Assembly (NCBI GenBank): GCA_902516345.1
Contig: CABXYJ010000003.1
Location: forward strand, 16,280 to 80,279
Direction: 5' to 3'
DNA: 64,000 bases
From: an uncultured Pelagibacteraceae bacterium
GTDB lineage: Bacteria > Pseudomonadota > Alphaproteobacteria > Pelagibacterales > Pelagibacteraceae
Of the stretch, positions 61,883 through 64,000 are shown piece by piece; position 1 is the stretch's first letter, and every line of letters begins with the position of its first letter. The position numbers and the translations under genes are program-made. Under the pieces are notes generated by a model. The model was not told the DNA's origin. It made no database searches and worked only from the letters and a program-made list of their open reading frames with translations.

Positions 61883-62323
61883 CTACTTTCGTCCCCATAA
61901 TTGTTCATTATTTATCCAACCTCTATATTTCTCGCTTTTTATTTTACACCAGCCATCAATGCATTTCTGAATTAACAAAACCCTTCCTTTTTTGATTTTT
62001 GCTATTGGTTTAGAAAAATTAGTTGGTTTTTGAAATAAAACTTTATCTTTAAGAGGTATAACGGAATTAATCTTTTTTAATTGGGAGATATGTATCCAGC
62101 CACTATTATTTTTAAAATCAATAATTCGTCTAAAATTCTCTTTTTTATCAATTTGCACAATAGGTAAATCCTTTTTTTTATAAATATATTTAATAGGAGA
62201 CTCGAGGCTTGGGCCATATCTTACATTCACTTTATCTTTTTTTAATGATAAAAAAATACTATCTGCAATCGCAATTGAAAACAAAAATAAAGAAAAAAAA
62301 AAAATTATAAATTGCTTAAACAT
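61883..62323 (-). CDS. Bacterial SH3 domain protein (DUF1058-like)
   Basis: Signal peptide, SLK..KVNVRYGP, GWIH.SQL, C...WCKI....RGWI...LWG. Confidence 0.88.
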   Translation of the reverse strand: MFKQFIIFFFSLFLFSIAIADSIFLSLKKDKVNVRYGPSLESPIKYIYKKKDLPIVQIDKKENFRRIIDFKNNSGWIHISQLKKINSVIPLKDKVLFQKPTNFSKPIAKIKKGRVLLIQKCIDGWCKIKSEKYRGWINNEQLWGRK

Positions 62324-63062
62324 TTTTTAGTTTGTTTAATTTTACTTTTCTAAAATCTAAATTCAATAAATCTAATATGAGCATATATCCATTTAAATTT
62401 TTACCAATATTTAAGATATTTTTTAAAACCTCATTCGCTTGCATAGTTCCGATAATACCTGCTACTGTACCTATAACTCCCTCATATTCACAATTCAATA
62501 TATCATCTGATACCTTATTTTCTTGAAAGAAACTTCTTATACAGGGAGTTTTTTTATCTTTAAAATCAAAAGTAAAAATATGTCCATCAAACTTGCTGAT
62601 AGCACCTGTTACTAAAAATTTTTTAAACTTTTTACAAAAATCATTTATCAAAAATTTAGTCTTGAAATTATCTGAGCCATCTACGACATAGTCATACTTT
62701 TTTATGATTTTAGAAAAATTATATTCATTTATTCTGATTTTATGACAAACAACATTTGTTTTTGAATGAATCTTTTTTAACTTTTTTTTTGCACATGAAA
62801 CTTTGGATATCTTTATATCACTTACATCATAAAGACTTTGACGGTGAATATTTGATAAATCAACTTTGTCATTATCAATAATTCCCAAAGTTCCTACGCC
62901 AGCTCTTGTTAAAAATTCTGCAACTGGACACCCTAAACCACCCATACCAATTATTAAGACTTTTGATTGAATTATTTTTTTTTGGCCAGTGGCACCAATA
63001 TTTTTTAAAATAATCTGTCTTGAAAATCTCTTAATTTGACTTTTACTTAATTTTGAATTCAT
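62316..63062 (-). CDS. HesA/MoeB/ThiF family adenylyltransferase
   Basis: RFSRQIIL, GMGGLG, D.D.VDLSNIHRQ, DGSDNF. Confidence 0.92.
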   Translation of the reverse strand: MNSKLSKSQIKRFSRQIILKNIGATGQKKIIQSKVLIIGMGGLGCPVAEFLTRAGVGTLGIIDNDKVDLSNIHRQSLYDVSDIKISKVSCAKKKLKKIHSKTNVVCHKIRINEYNFSKIIKKYDYVVDGSDNFKTKFLINDFCKKFKKFLVTGAISKFDGHIFTFDFKDKKTPCIRSFFQENKVSDDILNCEYEGVIGTVAGIIGTMQANEVLKNILNIGKNLNGYMLILDLLNLDFRKVKLNKLKNV

Positions 63063-63496
63063 TTGCCCGTGGAACCAAATCCACCCTTCCCTCTTAATGT
63101 TTTTGGCAACTCGTTGGCTTCCTCTAATTCAATCTTGATAACTGGAGATAGCACCATCTGAGCAATACGATCACCATTATTTACTATAAAACTATTATTT
63201 CCATGGTTATAAATAATTACTTTAATTTCCCCTCTATAATCACTGTCTATAGTTCCAGGGGTGTTTAAAACAGTTATATTATTTTTTGCTGCTAGACCTG
63301 ATCTAGGTCTAATTTGAATTTCGTAATCCTTAACAAACGCGACTGATAAGCCAGTAGGAATTAGTGAGGATGTTTTTGGTTTTAAATTTATAGGTTTCTT
63401 TATAAACGCTTTGAGGTCCATGCCAGAGGCCCCATTAGTTTTATATTCTGGTAATTTAACTTCAGGATCTAACTTTTTTATTAGTACTTTGACCAT
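63059..63496 (-). CDS. dut: dUTP diphosphatase
   Basis: ASGMDL, QIRPRSGLA, PGTIDSDYRGE, GDRIAQ, RGKGGFGSTG. Confidence 0.98.
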   Translation of the reverse strand: MVKVLIKKLDPEVKLPEYKTNGASGMDLKAFIKKPINLKPKTSSLIPTGLSVAFVKDYEIQIRPRSGLAAKNNITVLNTPGTIDSDYRGEIKVIIYNHGNNSFIVNNGDRIAQMVLSPVIKIELEEANELPKTLRGKGGFGSTGK

Positions 63497-64000
63497 TAGT
63501 TAATTTGATTAACAATTCTATCTACAATTTCTTCTGATATTTCTGATTTTTTTTTTAATGAAAGTTTTTCTTTTTTATTTGGGTTATCTTTATAGTGTAT
63601 ATTTACCTCATTATAATCAGATTCAAAACCAATATTTTTTTTTGACACATCATTAACTATAATCCAATCACAATTTTTATTTCTCAATTTTATTTTGGCA
63701 TTTTTATCTAAATCATGAGTCTCAGCTGCAAAACCTATAACTAGTTTGGGCCTCATAGAATTATGATTAGAAACATAGTTTAATATATCTATGTTTTGTT
63801 CTAAGTTTATGTTGTAATTTTCTTGCTTTTTCAATTTGTTAGGGCTTTTTTGATTTATCTTATAGTCAGCTACTGCAGCTGTAAATACTGCTATGTCTGC
63901 TGGTAAACTTTTTTGTGTAGCTTTAAACATTTCTTCTGCAGTTTCGACTCTAATTAAGTTTATGCCCTCATCTATTTGTAAGTTAGTAGGTCCTGATATT
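63496..64000 (-). CDS. coaBC: CoaBC phosphopantothenoylcysteine decarboxylase/synthetase (3' part; starts beyond window end)
   Basis: Frame is open to the window edge (ISGPTNL..VETAEEM), AAVADY, GFAAET, K.CDWIIVNDV; adjacent to dut. Confidence 0.93.
   Translation of the reverse strand, partial: ISGPTNLQIDEGINLIRVETAEEMFKATQKSLPADIAVFTAAVADYKINQKSPNKLKKQENYNINLEQNIDILNYVSNHNSMRPKLVIGFAAETHDLDKNAKIKLRNKNCDWIIVNDVSKKNIGFESDYNEVNIHYKDNPNKKEKLSLKKKSEISEEIVDRIVNQIN

Noticed and set aside
61638-61995. ORFs 61638-61826 (-) and 61813-61995 (+)
   Set aside because: They overlap the better-supported Cys-rich ORF and the SH3 gene, and have no motifs
1-64000. Numerous A8-A11/T8-T10 runs as phase-variation or frameshift sites
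   Set aside because: Expected from Lys/Phe codons in a very AT-rich genome; the reading frames are intact
1-64000. tRNA, rRNA, prophage, IS or integron
   Set aside because: Intergenic gaps are short and AT-rich with no cloverleaf or T-loop motifs; no integrase, transposase or phage ORFs were recognised

Overview
AT-rich, very compact chromosomal window that looks like a SAR11/Pelagibacterales alphaproteobacterium. This is inferred from gene order, near-zero intergenic space and the absence of mutS/glnD/hrcA/rph/truB/rimP from their usual slots. It spans the probable replication origin (DUF299/ppsR <> hemE), then hemE-hemH-hemJ-rho-mnmE-mnmG-rsmG(parS)-parAB, holA-lptE-leuS, a major porin, dnaJ-dnaK-grpE, maeB/murJ/trpS, fur-miaB-phoH-ybeY-lnt-metK, nusA-infB-rbfA-rpsO-pnp, fabIBA, irr-katG and dut/coaBC. 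No rRNA, tRNA, CRISPR or mobile element was recognised. Reading the gaps in the ORF track gave three small unannotated genes: a 37-aa ArfA-like ribosome-rescue factor, a 56-aa two-helix membrane protein after dnaJ, and a 59-aa 8-Cys peptide. The most interesting block is the accessory irr-katG-Asp/Asn beta-hydroxylase-DUF2061-Cys-peptide cluster, which carries Irr (ICE) boxes and a tandem pair of Fur-like boxes. Other notable items are single modification enzymes scattered through core operons (GT41 glycosyltransferase, two TPR-sulfotransferases beside the porin, two FkbM methyltransferases), a purine-rich GAATG/GAAC-repeat leader with upstream ATGs in all three frames before pnp, a rimP-leader-type terminator retained in front of nusA, and head-to-head genes that share one ATGCAT palindrome. 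All product calls come from motifs read by eye; no database search was run.
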